From NCBI GenBank assembly GCA_964016885.1, contig OZ024740.1, forward strand, positions 135,408,001 through 135,472,000: DNA of 64,000 nucleotides. The letters run 5' to 3'. The notes below the pieces were generated by a model that saw nothing but the letters and a program-made list of their open reading frames with translations, was not told the origin of the DNA and made no database searches. The stretch is from Eledone cirrhosa (taxonomy: Eukaryota). The position numbers and the translations under genes are program-made. This document shows positions 36,095-50,299 of this stretch, piece after piece. Numbering within the stretch: the first letter of the stretch is position 1; the number at the start of each line of letters is the position of its first letter.

Positions 36095-37879
36095 TTAAGA
36101 TAGTAGTCTGTGATTTGAGGGAGGTTGCAAGCTATTTCTATACAGTCAGAGTTAGAGGTCCTCTTGTTTGCTCATGCCTCAATAGGTTGTCAACTTTGCT
36201 AAAGAGAATGGATGTTCAGTATCATTCAACAAAACAATGTAGCATTAGCCACAAAATCTGAACATCCAGTTCTTTGAGGATCAAACTGTTTACCACCTTA
36301 TCATTAAATATTTAGCTATATTTTGCTTTATTCCAGTTTTCTCTTAACCCACCACCCTTTTATTAACTAGATAAACTGCTGTTTTAATAAGTTATGTAAA
36401 AAATATTTAACCTTGAAAAGATTCCTTTTTTCTCCTTCTTTCCTTTTCAGCTTTATCTATCCCCCCTTTTTTTTCTCTGTTTCTTTCTTATCTTTCTCTT
36501 TGCTTTTCTCATTTCTCTCTCCATTTTTTTCACTCTTTTAATTTCCCTGATTTTCCTCTTTCTCTTCCCCCTCTCTCTTTCAATTTCTCCTTATTTTCTT
36601 CTTTCCCTTCCCCTCTCTCTTTCATTCTGTTATAACCTATTTTACTCTCATTACTTCACTTTTCTATATTCTTAGTCTTTTATATTTTTTTTTCATTTTC
36701 TGTTTGATTCCCTTTTCTTGTTTACATTCTCCATCCCCTCTCTTATGCACATACAAATCTGTATAACCTCGCATTCAGACAAACAGAGAAAAAAATAGAA
36801 TGGAGAATCAAGGTCTTTAGTTATTGAAATTCAAGAAAATTGTATCAAAAGGATTAGTTATCTTGCTGGATGTGAACATGTATATGTAAACATTCTCCAA
36901 TCTACATAAAAGTAAATTTCAACCCCCACCCCCACCTCTGATGTTTTAAAAACAACATGTATAAATGAATAACAAATAATTTTATACCACCACTTTCGCT
37001 TACATGTACTGCGTAACACAGCTTGTCTCAGTTTACCTGGATAATAACAGCTTTGGTAACTAACATACCCGATTTTGAACTGTTTGTGAATAAATATGTA
37101 TGGTTGAAATCAGATGAAACAGAAAATCAATATTACTGTATAAAATTATCTGGAAGAAAAATTCAAAACACCCAAAACCAATTGAGTGAGGCAATTTGCA
37201 ATTATTTTTTAGTTCAATTACTGCTGCTTAGTTCTATAAAAAATAAGTACCAGTCAAATACTGGGATCGATATAATCAAATTTTTCGTTATTGTTGTTAT
37301 TGCATCAGAGAAATGAGTTGTAGTGTGTAATAGAGAGGACTGTACTGGCATGATGGGTATGAGAGACAATTGTGTAAAGAAGTGTCAAGCAGTCCTTGTG
37401 GAAGGAACATACAGAAAAGAAAGATGTGGAAATAAATGGTGAGGACTGATTTTAGGATGCTGGATTGCATGAAGGAGATGATGAGGGACTGAGAAGTGGT
37501 GAGATTTTGTACTTGAGAAGATCTAGTCAATACATGCAAACAGGTAAAAAAAAAATAAAACAAAGAAAAAAAGGAAAAAAAAAATTTTTTTAATGTTGAC
37601 TTTTTCTTTTTAATATTTTGATGTATGAGGAAAAGCAGTGTCCTTGACATCTGCTGCACCTCTCAAATTGATGAGATCAGTATGGTTAATGTTCAACATG
37701 ATTGATACCAGTTGGGGAAAATATCATAAGATAGTATTCCAGAAGGATACAGTTTTGGGCAGGAATGATTGGAAAACAATTAGCAATAGTGTACAAAGTG
37801 TGGACACATCATGGCTGAATGGGTAAGAAGTTTGCTTCATTGTTAAGAAATTATGGATTCAATCCCACTGTGTAACATC

Positions 37880-38357
37880 TTGTTTGCCCACTTATTCCTG
37901 ATAGGGTCATGAAGGCAGTCCTCAAACCCTCCTTCCAGCAGGTCCTATCAGAAGCAACTGTCTCCAACTGATCCAGCTGGATCCTTAATCAAGACCAGCC
38001 AAGCTCATGGATGTTATCCAACCATCTTGCTTGGGGTCTACCTCTGGGTGTCCTGCAGGCTAGTATTGCCTGTAAAATCTGTCCAGCAATTCTTTCCTGG
38101 ACTCTAACCACATGCCCATAGTATTGGAGCTATGATCTCCCAATTTGGAGAAGTAGCGGCTCTTCCTGGAATGACTCTCTGATCCCTGAGCTACTCACTC
38201 TATCAAGTAATCTTACTCGAAAGACTCTTTGGAGGAATCCCATTTTGGCTGCTTGTATTCACGATCATATTCTTTTGGTCATTATAAAAGATTCATGGCC
38301 ATAAGTAAGGGTTGGCACAAATACCAAATTGAAGATAGCAAGTTCGGTTTTTACACT
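37880..38357 (-). mobile_element. 3' fragment of second RTE family, inserted in a SINE
   Basis: Homologous to 11660-12100 and, inverted, to 48070-48560. A SINE head lies at ~37808-37880 and its continuation at ~38358-38440. Confidence 0.75.
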
Positions 38358-38656
38358 TTGTGACATCTTGGGCAAAATCTTTATTCCATACCTTGTGAGT
38401 GAAATTAGGTAGATATAAACTGTTTAGAAGCCTGTCACATCAACTGTCCCTGGAATTCAGTGGGCCAGTCTTTTTATACACTGTATTGTACAATATTCAA
38501 CCACTTAGCACATTAATTTAATCAGTAGTCTGCTCCATTGATTGAACAACTAGAAAACTCGTGGTCAAAATAGATGGAGATCCATTTACTTTATTGATAA
38601 GCAACTCTTTGCTAATTAGGAATTCTTGGACATTATTATATCTTGATTAAAAAAAA

Positions 38657-39520
38657 TAATTGTTTCTACTTTTGGCACAAGGCCAGCAATTATCCCAGTG
38701 CATTACTGGTACTTTATTTTATCGACCCCATAAGGAGGAAAGGCAAAGTTAACCTTGACGGGATTTGAACTCAGACCGTAAAGGGGCGTAACTCTATGCT
38801 GCAAACATGGCGTCCGACTCTCTACCGATACTGCCAATCCACCACCCTATCTTGATTAAAAATAATAAAAAATAATTGTTTCTACATTTGACACAAGGCC
38901 AGAGATTTGAAGGTAAGGGGAAAGTCAATTAAATCGACCCCAATGCGTTACTGGTGCTTTATTTTATCAATCCTGTAAGGATGAAAGACTAAGTTAACCT
39001 CGGCGGGAATTGAACTCAGAACGTTAAGGGCTGTAACTCTAAGCCACAAAGCATAGTTGGATGCTTTACTGTAATAATGATAATGATAATAATAATAATA
39101 ATGCTTTCTACTATAGGCACAAGGCCAGAAATGTGGTGAGAGGGGAAAGTCGATTAAATCGACTCCAGTGCATCACTGGTGCTTTATTTTATCGACCCCA
39201 TGAGGATGAAAGCAAAGCTAACCTCGGTGGGATTTGAACTCAGAATGTCAAGGGCCATAATGCTATGCTGCAAAGCATAGCATTATGTTTTACTGATACT
39301 GCCAATCCACCGCCCTTGTATTAATAATAATAATGGTTTCTTATCTAGGCACAAGGCCAGCAATTTTTGTGGGAGGGAAAAGTCAATGAAATTGACCTCA
39401 GTGCGTGACTGGTACTTTATTTTATCCACCTTATAATGATGAAAAGCAAAGCTAACTTCAGTGGGATTTGAACTCAGAACGTAAAGGTCCGTAACTATGC
39501 CGTAATGCATATTATATGAT
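38657..39520 (-). mobile_element. Four head-to-tail family B SINEs
   Basis: Units start at ~38657, 38873, 39101 and 39333, separated by (aat)n. The first has TSD tatcttgattaaaaa (38639-38653 and 38848-38862). Confidence 0.88.
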
Positions 39521-40392
39521 GCTCTACTGTAATAATAATAATAAGTTATTAAAGAAATCATTATCATATCTTGATGGTGATTATTGTTCTTGGCCTGCCC
39601 CAGTCAAGCAAACCTGTAATCAAAGATGTTCAAGTTGTAACTATTTCATCTTTTATATATCAAAGACTACATTGTCCAATATATACTTCTTCATTTAAGA
39701 TGGTATGGTGTGATCTGAGGGAGACCTGGCTACTATTTCTAGCAAGTGTTCTTAATTTGTCTTATGCCATACCCCACTATGAGACCACAACGAATTTGAT
39801 GTTCTGCCTCAATATAAAAGCATATTTGGTGTCAAAAAAAATAAAATGAAAAATTTTGAAAAACTGCCTTACAAAATATTAAATTTGATTAAAAATTAAT
39901 AATCATACTCTTGTGGTGGCATGTATCCTACATTCAGAATCATAGAGGTTAATGGAGATTGTTGAATGCAGTGATGCTTGAAATGGAAAAGGAAATCTCA
40001 ACTCACTTCTATGCGTCTCATAGAAAGTTTTTTGGGTGTTATAAGGACCCAAGACCTATCATGAAGTGCAACATGAAATAAAGTGACTTGCTCAAGAACA
40101 GAAAACAATGTTCAGTGCAAGAATCAAACCCTATATATTGTGAGTACTATACACAAACAACTAGGCTACACATCTTCACTTAATGATGTTTACTTAGTGG
40201 CTTATGCCTGTGGTGGCTATTATTGTAAAGAATATCACTTATAAATGTTATATTTCTGCTACTGCAGTTTGAGAACATATCTATCCATTCTGCATTGTTC
40301 ACAGCTGTTCTTCTATTTTGTAAGTCAGTAGATTAATTGTAGCAGGAAACTAGGCAGTGGATGACCTTTCTACTTTATAGAAGAGTGTTTAA

Positions 40393-40601
40393 CCCTTTAG
40401 CATTTACATTAATCTATATTTTCACGGTAAAGGCTTTACCTCACGTAATTATCTCACATAATATTGAATCTATGAGATTTCAATATTATTTATGTTGAGA
40501 ACAATACCTTGACATCAGTATGAGTAGCTGATTACAGCCACTTTGAACAGAAAGAAGTGAGAGACTTCTGGCTGGATATGGCTGATTTAAATTTTAAAGG
40601 G
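40393..40601. mobile_element. piggyBac-type MITE
   Basis: TTAA|ccctttagcattta ... taaattttaaaggg|TTAA. Confidence 0.75.
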
Positions 40602-42379
40602 TTAATCGAAACATTTCAGGAAAGAAAATTCAATGAAGGTGGATAGATTGTTGTTGTTAAGCCTCAGATCAACTCTAATTGAGCAGACTCAATGATCAAA
40701 TACATCCTAGTGATAAGCATTCCTTCTTTTTTTTTTCAGGGGGAATATCAAGGACTACATTATCTAATGTGTTCTTTACTTAAGATGGTATAGTATATAA
40801 TTTGAGGTGGATTTGGCTGTTATTTCTACCAAATTAAGGAACCATGTAGAAGCTTCCTTATTGGTTTGGGTGTGGGCAGATTAGATTTAAGGGACAGCAT
40901 ACTTGTTTAACCAATGTTGTGTTATTTTAGTTTCAGGCCAGTCCTGGTTGATCAAACAAACCTATGATCAAAAGCATTCCAACTGTGACCATCCTATTTA
41001 TTATTATTTTTATTTATTTATTGTATATTTTGGGCCACATTCTTTAATATGTTCTTCATTTCTTAAGATAGTAGCATGTGATTGGAAGGAAATTTCGCTG
41101 CTATCTTTAGCATTCCTCATGACCACAGTTTCCCATGTTTAGCTCACTTAAATAACCAGGCAGAGGCGCCTTTGTTATTAAAATTGGATGTAACAGGGTA
41201 AAACAGATGAACAGTTTGGCTGGGTAAAAGATGTGAACATAAAGATTTGTAGTGTTTTATTTAGATCTTTGTGTGTTTTAACTTGCTCAGAATGGTTGAA
41301 GAAACCTCAGCTGAAAACTAAACTCCATTATTTATAGTGACTCCTAATCCTTGTTCGTTTCTTCATCCTGTTCCCCATCTTATTATTACAACATACATGT
41401 TAGAAATGAATATTATTGCTATGTACTCTCTGTACCATAATCCACAATGTGGGTCACACAGTAAGCAGTCAAAACATGTTTTGAGTTATGTCAATGGATT
41501 CTTTAATGTGGAGGATGGCAGATTCAGTAAAACTTCATACAAAACGTTTTGTAATATTTAGTTACGACTCTTTGCATTCTAACTTAGGATGAATTAGAAT
41601 TTCATTTTTCCAAGATTGATAAAATAAAGTACCAGTTAAGTACTGATGTCAATTTAATTGACTATTCTAACCTCACACCTTATAGGTTTAGCCAGCCGAC
41701 TATAAGGTTACAACTTATAGGTTTCTTTGGTGTTTTTAATGAGAAGGATCCCAGTCCTATCATTCACTATTTCTGGCCTTGTGCCTAAGTTAGAAATCAT
41801 CAGAAGAAAACAACTATCTGGATGATTTTCTCCTGGTTTATATAACATATTTATATTGTCCCATTCTTTTTGTGTATGTGTGTGTGTGTGTGTGTATATA
41901 AGCTGATATTGTCCAATGTGTCCTTTCTTTACTTTTAAAAACTGAACTTATAAAATACTGAAATATGACTGGGAAACAAAAAGATTAGTGAAATACTCTC
42001 TAAACATTTATAAGTTATATCAAAATTTATAAAATACTGAAATGTGAAAGTATTTTGATTTGAATACATGACAATATTGTCTCTATTTCTTTAAAATTAT
42101 AGTTTGCTGTCACAATATTGTCACGACAGTAACAGTTAGATTGGCAGACAGAAGCGACAAAGAAGTGATTCTAAGTTTAAAGACAGATGAAGACAAGCAG
42201 TAGCAGAAAAGGTCACCACAATGAATGAAATCTGTAGTGTTTTAAAATGAGCCATATGGTGAAAATATAGATGGAAATTGGTGTTTTAAAGCTTTTACTA
42301 TCATTTAGATTGGTCTAAGAGGTTGTTTAGAGTTTAGATTACATATGTAGATATATTTGAAATAGCATATGATACATAA

Positions 42380-43195
42380 GGGAGTTGAGCAGTATAATTG
42401 GCAGAGCATTAAACTTGCAGTATTTAGCTATATACTTTTTCTTTTATTCTGAGTTCAAATTTTGCTGAGTTCAACTTTGTCTGTTATTCGAGTGAGGTCA
42501 ACAAAACAAGCACCAGTCAAGTACTGGGGTAAATTTAATTAACTCCACGTCCTTCCAATTTGTGGTTTTGTTCCTAAATTAGAAATTATTATAAAACAGA
42601 GAAGTGGATGGCAAAATTGATGGAGCATTGAATAAAAGCATTTAGTACTATTCTATTATGTTCTGAGTTCAATCTCACTGGGGATTGTCTTTCTTTAGCC
42701 TATTTTTAGTGTCTATAATAAACACTAGTCAAGTACTGGTGGTCAATCATATCAACTTTGCTCTCTCACAAAATGATGATTGCTTCATTCTTATAGTAAA
42801 AACAAAGCTAAAGTGGGAGAGTGGTGAACATATGCCTTACTGTATTTATATCTTACTGATTTTATATTCTGCTTTTCATCATTTTGGGGGCTGATGGAAT
42901 AAAATACCTTTTTAGTACTTGGGTCAATATTATCGACTTTACCACCCACCACCAAAAAGAAAAAATGGCAGCCTTGTACCTATATTAGAAATCATTATTA
43001 CAGAGAAGGTTAGCGTATTAGATTGGCAGTGTCGGTAGAGCGTTGGACAACATGCTTTATGGCATAGATTTACATTCGGAGTTCAAATCCTGCTAGGGTT
43101 AGTTTTGCCTTTCATCTTTATACAGTTGATAAAATAAAGTACCAGTAATGCACTGGGTAATTGTTGGCCTTGTGCTTAAATTAGAAACAATTATT
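42380..43195 (+). mobile_element. Cluster of ~4 head-to-tail family B SINEs of differing age
   Basis: Repeated tggcag..., gagttcaaat, ttcatc...ataaa..aagtaccagt and ccttgtgcctaaattagaaa blocks. Confidence 0.7.
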
Positions 43196-43282
43196 ACAGG
43201 AGTGATTGATTGTATTTACAATACATACTTATGTACAAGTTACATGGGTAAACACTTCCACTTTATTTACATAAATTATGTA

Positions 43283-44540
43283 TCATCATCATCATCGTTG
43301 ATTAACGGCTATCTTCCACGCTAGCATGGGTTAGATGGGTTTGTCCCATTTAGAGGCAAGTTGGGTCGCTCATATAGGGGAGTTTCTGGCAGGTTTTCTA
43401 CAGCTGGATGTCCTTCCTAACACCAACCACTTTGACAGTGTGTGCTGGGTGCTTTTTGCTGTGTCTTTTACACATCCACTTTACAGTGTGGGTTGGTTGT
43501 TTTAGGGCTGGTTTTCTACTGCTGGATGCCCTTCCTAACATTAACCACATTTACAGTGTGCTGGGTACTTTTTGTCGTGACACCTACACGATCACTTTAC
43601 AGTGTGAGCTGGATGTTCTTTACAGTATGGACAGAGCACCTTTATTGTGTCACCCACACAACACAGTGGCGACTAGGGAGGGTGGAGGGGCTTGGGGGGG
43701 ATGTGGACATGGTAGTAGGGGAGGTTACCGCTAAGGGAGGTAAATGAGAGGGGATAGCAGGTTGAGGAAGGTGCCTACATGGTATAAGCCTCATCCTGAG
43801 AATAATAGAGGGCGGGTCTTCTGTAAAACTGCATAGCGCCAGAGGTCGCGGTCCTAAGTCATTGCTTTTGAGAGGTGTAATTGTGCAAGATCAGCTTTTA
43901 TTATCTCATCCAAAGTCTTTCTGGGCCTGCCCACACCACGGCTACCATCGACTTTGAGCGCTCTGCACCTTATTATACAGCTGTCATCCTTCATATGCAT
44001 CACATGTCCATACCAATGCAATCTCCTCTCCTGCATGCAACGACTGATCCCTCTTAAGCCTAATTTCTCACACTGTATTTATACTTTGCCATTCACGTAT
44101 ATTGCTATTGCACATCCAGCGAAGCATGGAGGCTTCATTTCTTTCCAATCTTTGCAGGTACTCCGTACACAGTGCCCAGGTCTCGCTGCCATGCAACATT
44201 GTTGTTCATATATATGCATCATACAGTCTGCCTTTCATTTTGAGAGAAAAACCTTTTGTAGTTAGCTCCCTGAATTTTCTCCAACCCGATCTCACTCTGG
44301 TTACTGTGCTTTTGGAACACCTTCCTCCACTACTGATTTGGTCACCCAGGTAACGGAAACTATCTACCACTTCAACCGAGCACTCTGAACATTTGAAGGT
44401 GGTTGTATCGTGAGGTTTCTTACCATACTACTGCTAACTTGTACAGCCGGTCCCTCAACATATGACAGATTGTCTTTATCCCATGCATTCTCCTCATTCA
44501 GCAATCTTTTATAGTGGCACTTCCATGCTACCTTCTTTTC
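43283..44540 (-). mobile_element. Diverged, internally deleted RTE copy
   Basis: (cat)n tail and MQERRLHWYGHVMHMKDDSC..GRPRKT. KKVAWKCHYKRLLNEENAWDKD is joined almost directly to the DSFRYLG region, so the RT core is deleted. Confidence 0.85.
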
Positions 44541-45049
44541 ATAATTACAATCGACTGTGCTTTGCTTCAAAATTTGTGGCATTGTGCCCATACAAGATAT
44601 CATTGTTCAGCTATCAGCCAAAGTATATTGTGAAGATTAACCACTACCCCCCTTTAGCTGGGAAGAACAAACAGTTTCCCTCTGTCTGGCAGCTATTATG
44701 AAAGATGTTATATGATGGGCATTACTGAAACTACTAAAGATAGACTTTTTTTTCTTCAACTTGGCTCTTATCAACTTCATTAAGTTCTACTTGGAGAGAG
44801 ATGTGTTGCCCTTATAGTAAATTTGTTGAAAGGCGGGTGAGAGTGACTAGCATGGCCTAAGTGAATGGGCTTACTCTTATAATGTGCTTGTAAACATGGA
44901 AATGACAGATTGGTAGTTAGTGTAATTTTGAATATATAGGTTATTTTTTTTCTTCTAATTTATAAGATTTCTGTGTAAAGCCTTACATGTTTTACAATCT
45001 GTCTCTTTATCCATTACCCTTGTGACAATAAATGAAATTATTATTATTA

Positions 45050-45452
45050 GAGTGGTGGATTGGCAGAATCATTAAGGCATTGGACAACATTCTTAGCATT
45101 ATTTATCCTAGCTCTTTATATTGAGTTTAAATTCCTCTAAAGTCAACTTTACATCACATCATTCCAGGGTTGATAAAACAAAGTACTAGTTGAGTACTGG
45201 GGTTAATTTAATCATTTAATCCTGTTTCCCAAATGCCTAGTCTTGTACCTATGTTAGGAACTAAATTTTGCCGAGATCAACATTACCTTTTATCTTTTGG
45301 GGAGGAGGAGGGGTCCAAAAATTAAAGTGTTTATATTTATCTAAACAATTTCCTTTATAACTTTGCCTTTCATCCTTATGGGGTCGATAAAATAGAGTAC
45401 CAGTAATGCACTGGGATAATTGCTGGCCTTGTGCCAAAAGTAGAAACAATTA
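45050..45452 (+). mobile_element. Family B SINE copy and fragment
   Basis: ggtggattggcagaatc head at ~45054; ctttgcctttcatccttatggggtcgataaaatagagtaccag at 45361. Confidence 0.7.
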
Positions 45453-47160
45453 TAACTTAATGCAAAACCTTTACATTCCAAACACCAACTTGATGAGAAA
45501 GTTAGTTATATATCTAAATCCCTTCAAAGTCCACATAGGAGGCACTGCTCAAACTGGGGTGTAGTGTCTGTCCCTCCCCCTCCATTTCTTTTTTTGATCC
45601 TTTTTTCTCTTCCTTTTCTTTTTTCTTCTTATTTGTTCCTTTTAACAGTGTTTTGTTTCTATTAGATACGGCTCATTTCTTTTTATGTAATTATAACCTA
45701 GAAATAAAAGTTTATTGTAAGACTAAAAACACCCTTTACTAAAAGCATCCTTTACTATTTTCAAAATTATTTGAAAATTTCAAGCAGTGTCTTTCAATAG
45801 AAATATGGTAACAAAAAAAAGAGATTAATCAACTAACCCTTCTTTCTAATTTTGTAACCTTGTGCCTCTGTTAGAAACTGTTATTATAATCATCATCATA
45901 AGATAGAAGCTTACTGTTAAGTATTTCAGTCTACTTCTTGTTGATTGATATCAATACTGGCAGTATTAAGTATTTGCTTTACTCCCTACTCTCTTTTTCT
46001 TCTTGCATCATACATTTACTTTGGAGGAAGATACTTAAGCACTAAAATGATCCCCAATGAAATAGAAACTCACTAGTTTAGTTGATTGACTCAAATGTAT
46101 TTAACATAATACATATATACATACTACAATCTGTAGAATCTTGTGGCTGCTGTAAAAATTACTTTTGAGAAGTAATTTTCTATGTATCATTTTTCATATT
46201 ATGTCTCTTTTTTTTTTTTTTTTTTTTTTTTTTTCTAAAGCCTATTACTATTGCTGATTCCATTCCAATATCTTGTATCCTTCTACTAACAGACATTACT
46301 TCAAGGCTAGATCATTTCTTTTAATCCTTTAAATCCCGAATAAGCTTCAGCAACTCTAAATTGAGGTTTAGGCTTAGTGTATTTACTTTCTCTTCCATCC
46401 CATCCCATTCCCTTACCCCCCCCCCCCCGCTCTATATTTCCCTTCACCCTTCATTTCCTCCTATTTGAGTTTTCCCCAAATCTTTCTATTTTTTTTCTTT
46501 TATCGCACTGTCTTCCTTTTCTCTTCCTACCCTTTTTTTTTTATCCAATTTAGTATTGCAGTTTGGGATATTTTGGTGTAACTTTCCAAAGTTTTCATTT
46601 TGTTATTTTCTCTTCCTTCTTTTCTTTCTCCCCTTCCTTCTAATCTCCCCTTTTTTCTGTCATTCCATCTTCTTCCTCTCTCTTTTTCATTACTCCCTCT
46701 CCCCCATTTCTTTTTCTAGTTTTCTTTCATCAATGATGGGGACATCATTTAAGAAAACAAAATTTATCTAAATGTAAACACTTAACTAATGAAAAAGATA
46801 TGAATAATTTAGGGCACAATTATAGCTGCGTAGTTAAGGAGTTTGCTTCACAACTACTTAGTTTTGGGGCTCAATCACACTACATAACAACTTCTATTAT
46901 GATCTTGGGTTGACTAATGACTTACAAGTGAAATTTGGTAGATGGAAACTGTGCTGAAGTCCATCATATATGTATATATATGTCAGTGTCTGAGCATATG
47001 CCTGCCTGTGTTTGTTTATATCCTGTAAAATATGTACATAACTTAACAAATAAGTACTAGGGTTGATATGATCGACTAAGTCCCTTCACGGCCATGGTTT
47101 AGCACGGCGACTGTCTATTGACAGAAATTAGTAAAAGAATAAAAGAAAAAGTATAATTTG

Positions 47161-47730
47161 CATCATCATCATCATCATCATCATCGTTTAACGTCCGTGT
47201 TCCATGCTTGCATGGGTTTGGACGGGAGTTTTCCCACTTGAGGCAAGAGTGGTTGTCTTGCTCACATAGGACTGTCTGGCGGGTTTTCTACAGTTGGATG
47301 CCCTTCCTAACACCAACCACATTTACAGTGTGGGGCTGGGAGGTTTTTACCGTGTTGCCTACACGGCCACATTACAGCGTGGACTGTCTGGCAGGTTTTC
47401 TACAGCTGGATGCCCTTCCTAACACCAACCACATTTACAGTGTGGGACTGGGACGTTTTTACCGTGTTGCCTACACGGTCACATTACAGCGTGGACTGTG
47501 TGTTTTTTTTTCGTGACACCTACACGATCTCATTTGTTTCGGCCTGGATTTTGTGGCACCAACATAACTTTACATTGAAAGGGGCGGTGTGGATGGGGTG
47601 GGGGTGGTGGGACGGGGGTGTATTTTGTTAGAGATGCCTACTGACTGTAGTAGGTTTTACTTTGTATTTAGGTAACGCGGGTCTTCTCTGTTACTGAGTA
47701 CCGCCAAAAGTCTCGGTCCAGTGACATTGT
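47161..47730 (-). mobile_element. Short 3' fragment of the RTE-PHD LINE
   Basis: (cat)8 tail, 3' UTR with 110-bp unit x2, and the last ~20 codons. Confidence 0.93.
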
Positions 47731-48560
47731 AGAAGGTTCTGCAACAGTATGGGATCGATGGACAGCTTTTTGTTGCTCTGAAGTCTTTATACAAATGTTT
47801 AAAAAATCATTCAATGTAAGTGTCATACTATCAAGGATGCGAACTGTCTCTTTTCTTGTTCATAATCTTTGTGGACAGGATTGACATGTGTAGTTGGGTT
47901 GGAAATGATATCATGACAGGCAGATGTAGGATCAGTTGGCTCGAATTTACAGACAACAAGGAACTACTTAATTTATCAGAAGGTGTTCTCTGATAGGTTT
48001 GCTGCTGAGTGCTGCAAAGACTGAGACACTCAACCTCTCAAGGAAGCCTGCTTCATCAGTCGGTTATCAAAAGAAGAGAGGTAGGTGTAAAAGCTAAACT
48101 CAATATCTTCAATTCGGTGTTTGTGCCACTCTTACCTATGTTCATGACTGAAAGAATACAATCACAAACACGAGTGGCCAGAATGGGGTACCTCCGAAGA
48201 ATTTTTGAGGTAATGTTACTCAATAGAGTGCATAGCTCAGAGATAAGTGAGTTACTCCAGGTAGAGCAGATACTTCTCTGAATTGAGAGATCACAGCTTT
48301 GATATTACAGACATGTGGTTAGAATGTCTCAGGAAAGAATCACTGGACAGATTTTATGGGCAAAACCAGCCAGCAGAAGAGCCAAGGGTAGACCCTGAGC
48401 AAGTTGGTTGGATAACATCCATGAGCTTGGCTGATCTTGCTTGGGGATCCAGCTAGATCAATTGGAGATGGTTACTTCTGACAAGTCCCGCTGGATGGCA
48501 TGCTTGAGGACTCTGCTCCCTCGACCTTCCCAGGAATGAGTGGACTAAGAAGAAGAACTC
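47731..48560 (+). mobile_element. Decayed second-family RTE LINE
   Basis: SVIKRREVGVKAKLNIFNSVFVP...MTERIQSQTRVARMGYLRRI; ends in gaagaagaa. Confidence 0.8.
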
Positions 48561-48589
48561 TTGGGTGCTTCAATTTTCATAATATTTTG

Positions 48590-48880
48590 TTTCATGTGAG
48601 GAGACCACAGTATTCAACGTGGGGCCAGGCAAAGGTAGAGAAGAGAATGATGGTGTTGCTATCTCTTGACCAGAAAGTTCTAAGAATCCAGGAACACATC
48701 TTTTAGGCCATGTCAACTTTGTTGTTTATGTGAGTACCCCAGCTTAAGTTGCTATCAACAATTACACCATGGTCTCTGATGTTGTTGGATTCCACAAGGG
48801 TTTCACCTGAGGGAAAAGAATATGGTAACTTCAGTGCATCCTCTTTTCCAAAGTGGATTAGTTCAAATTTATCTTGGTCA
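48590..48880 (-). mobile_element. CR1/L2-type LINE RT fragment
   Basis: DKFELIHFGK...NIRDHGVIVDSNLSWGTHINNKVDMA, similar to the xKDLGVxxDxxL motif. Confidence 0.7.
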
Positions 48881-49069
48881 GCAGTGTCTGCTGGCTGACT
48901 GGCTGTATGTATGTACGTAAATACATACATGTAAATCTTGGGTAGACAAGAAATGTAGTGGGATAATGGGAAGACTAACAGGAAGAGAAGACTTTGTAGA
49001 AGATGCACAGGGGTAACCGAGGGGAAGATAGCCAGTGATGTAAGCCTATTCCAATCACAGGAAGGACTC

Positions 49070-49690
49070 ATAGAAGTGGTTGATAGCTGCTGCTATCTAG
49101 ACAACATAATTAGCAGTCGGGGAGGGTGCTCTGAGAGCATAATAGCTAGAATAAGGATAGGATGGAAAAAGTTTAAAGACCTACTTCCACTGATGACCAC
49201 AAAAGGTTTCTCCCTATGTACAAAAGGACAACTGTATGATGCCTGTGTGCAAAGTGCGATACTGCATGGTAGTGAAACATGGGCTGATACTATAGAGGAG
49301 ATACGTAGACTGGAGAGAAATTAAGCAGCCATGCCCTGTTGGATATGCAATGTAAGTGTGAGAGAAAGGCAAAGCCTGGACGAGTTGAGGGAGAAGTTGG
49401 GTTTAAGTGGAATCCAAGGTGGTGTGTAAGAAAGAAGACTGCTTTGTTTGGACATGTGATGCACATAGACAATGATCATTAGGTGAAGAAGTGCCAATAA
49501 ATGCCAGTGGAAGGAAGCTGCAATAGATGTTGACCAAGAACGACCTGGGCAAAGGATGTGAGAGCTGACCTCAAATCACTGAGACTCACAAAGGTGATTA
49601 CAAAGGATACCGACATATGGAGAGATGCTATGCTGAGAAGTACCCTTGCAAGCATGGAATAGCGGACATAAAAATGATGATGATGATGCA
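49070..49690 (+). mobile_element. Old RTE 3' fragment
   Basis: VDSCCYLDNIISSRGGCSESIIARIRIGWKKF...HGSETW, followed by a (gat)n tail. Confidence 0.85.
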
Positions 49691-49707
49691 TACATCTCTC
49701 TCTCTCT

Positions 49708-50040
49708 CATCATCATCATTTTACGTCCGCTTTTCCCTGCTTGCAAGGGTGGGACGGGAACTGATTCTGGCTTGATTTTTACAGCTGGATGCCCTTCCTA
49801 ACACCAACCTCATTTACAGTGAGTGCTGGGTGCTTTTTTGCCGTGGCACCTCCACGACCACTTTACAGTGGAATGATAGGGACCCCAGTCCTATCATCTC
49901 ATTTCTACAGCTGAGTAAACTGGAGCAATGTGAAATAAAGTGTCTTGCTCAAGGAAACAACACATCACCCGGTCTGAGAATTGAACTCACAACCTTTCGA
50001 TTGCAAGGCCAATGCTCTAACTACTAAGCCATGTACCTCC
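49708..50040 (-). mobile_element. Full-length family A SINE
   Basis: Near-identical reverse complement of 53082-53418. Confidence 0.9.
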
Positions 50041-50165
50041 ATATATATATATAACAGAGTGTTGTAGTTTGCTTGAAGCATTGTTGAATAGGAAACACAA
50101 ATTTAAATAATTTGTAAACCATACAAACCATACATACAATACAGTGAAAGGCATGTGTGAATATG

Positions 50166-50207
<42 letters not shown>

Positions 50208-50299
50208 AGTCGAGTCGATCGACTTTCGTCAAATCGGACCGAGGGAACAATGTTTCCGTTGGTCTTTCCAATTGCTAATACTATCTATCGGTCGCAACT

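Noticed and set aside
36420-36745. Long polypyrimidine tract (also 46380-46730) as an acceptor for a further exon
   Set aside because: No amphiphysin-like reading frame follows; low-complexity DNA.
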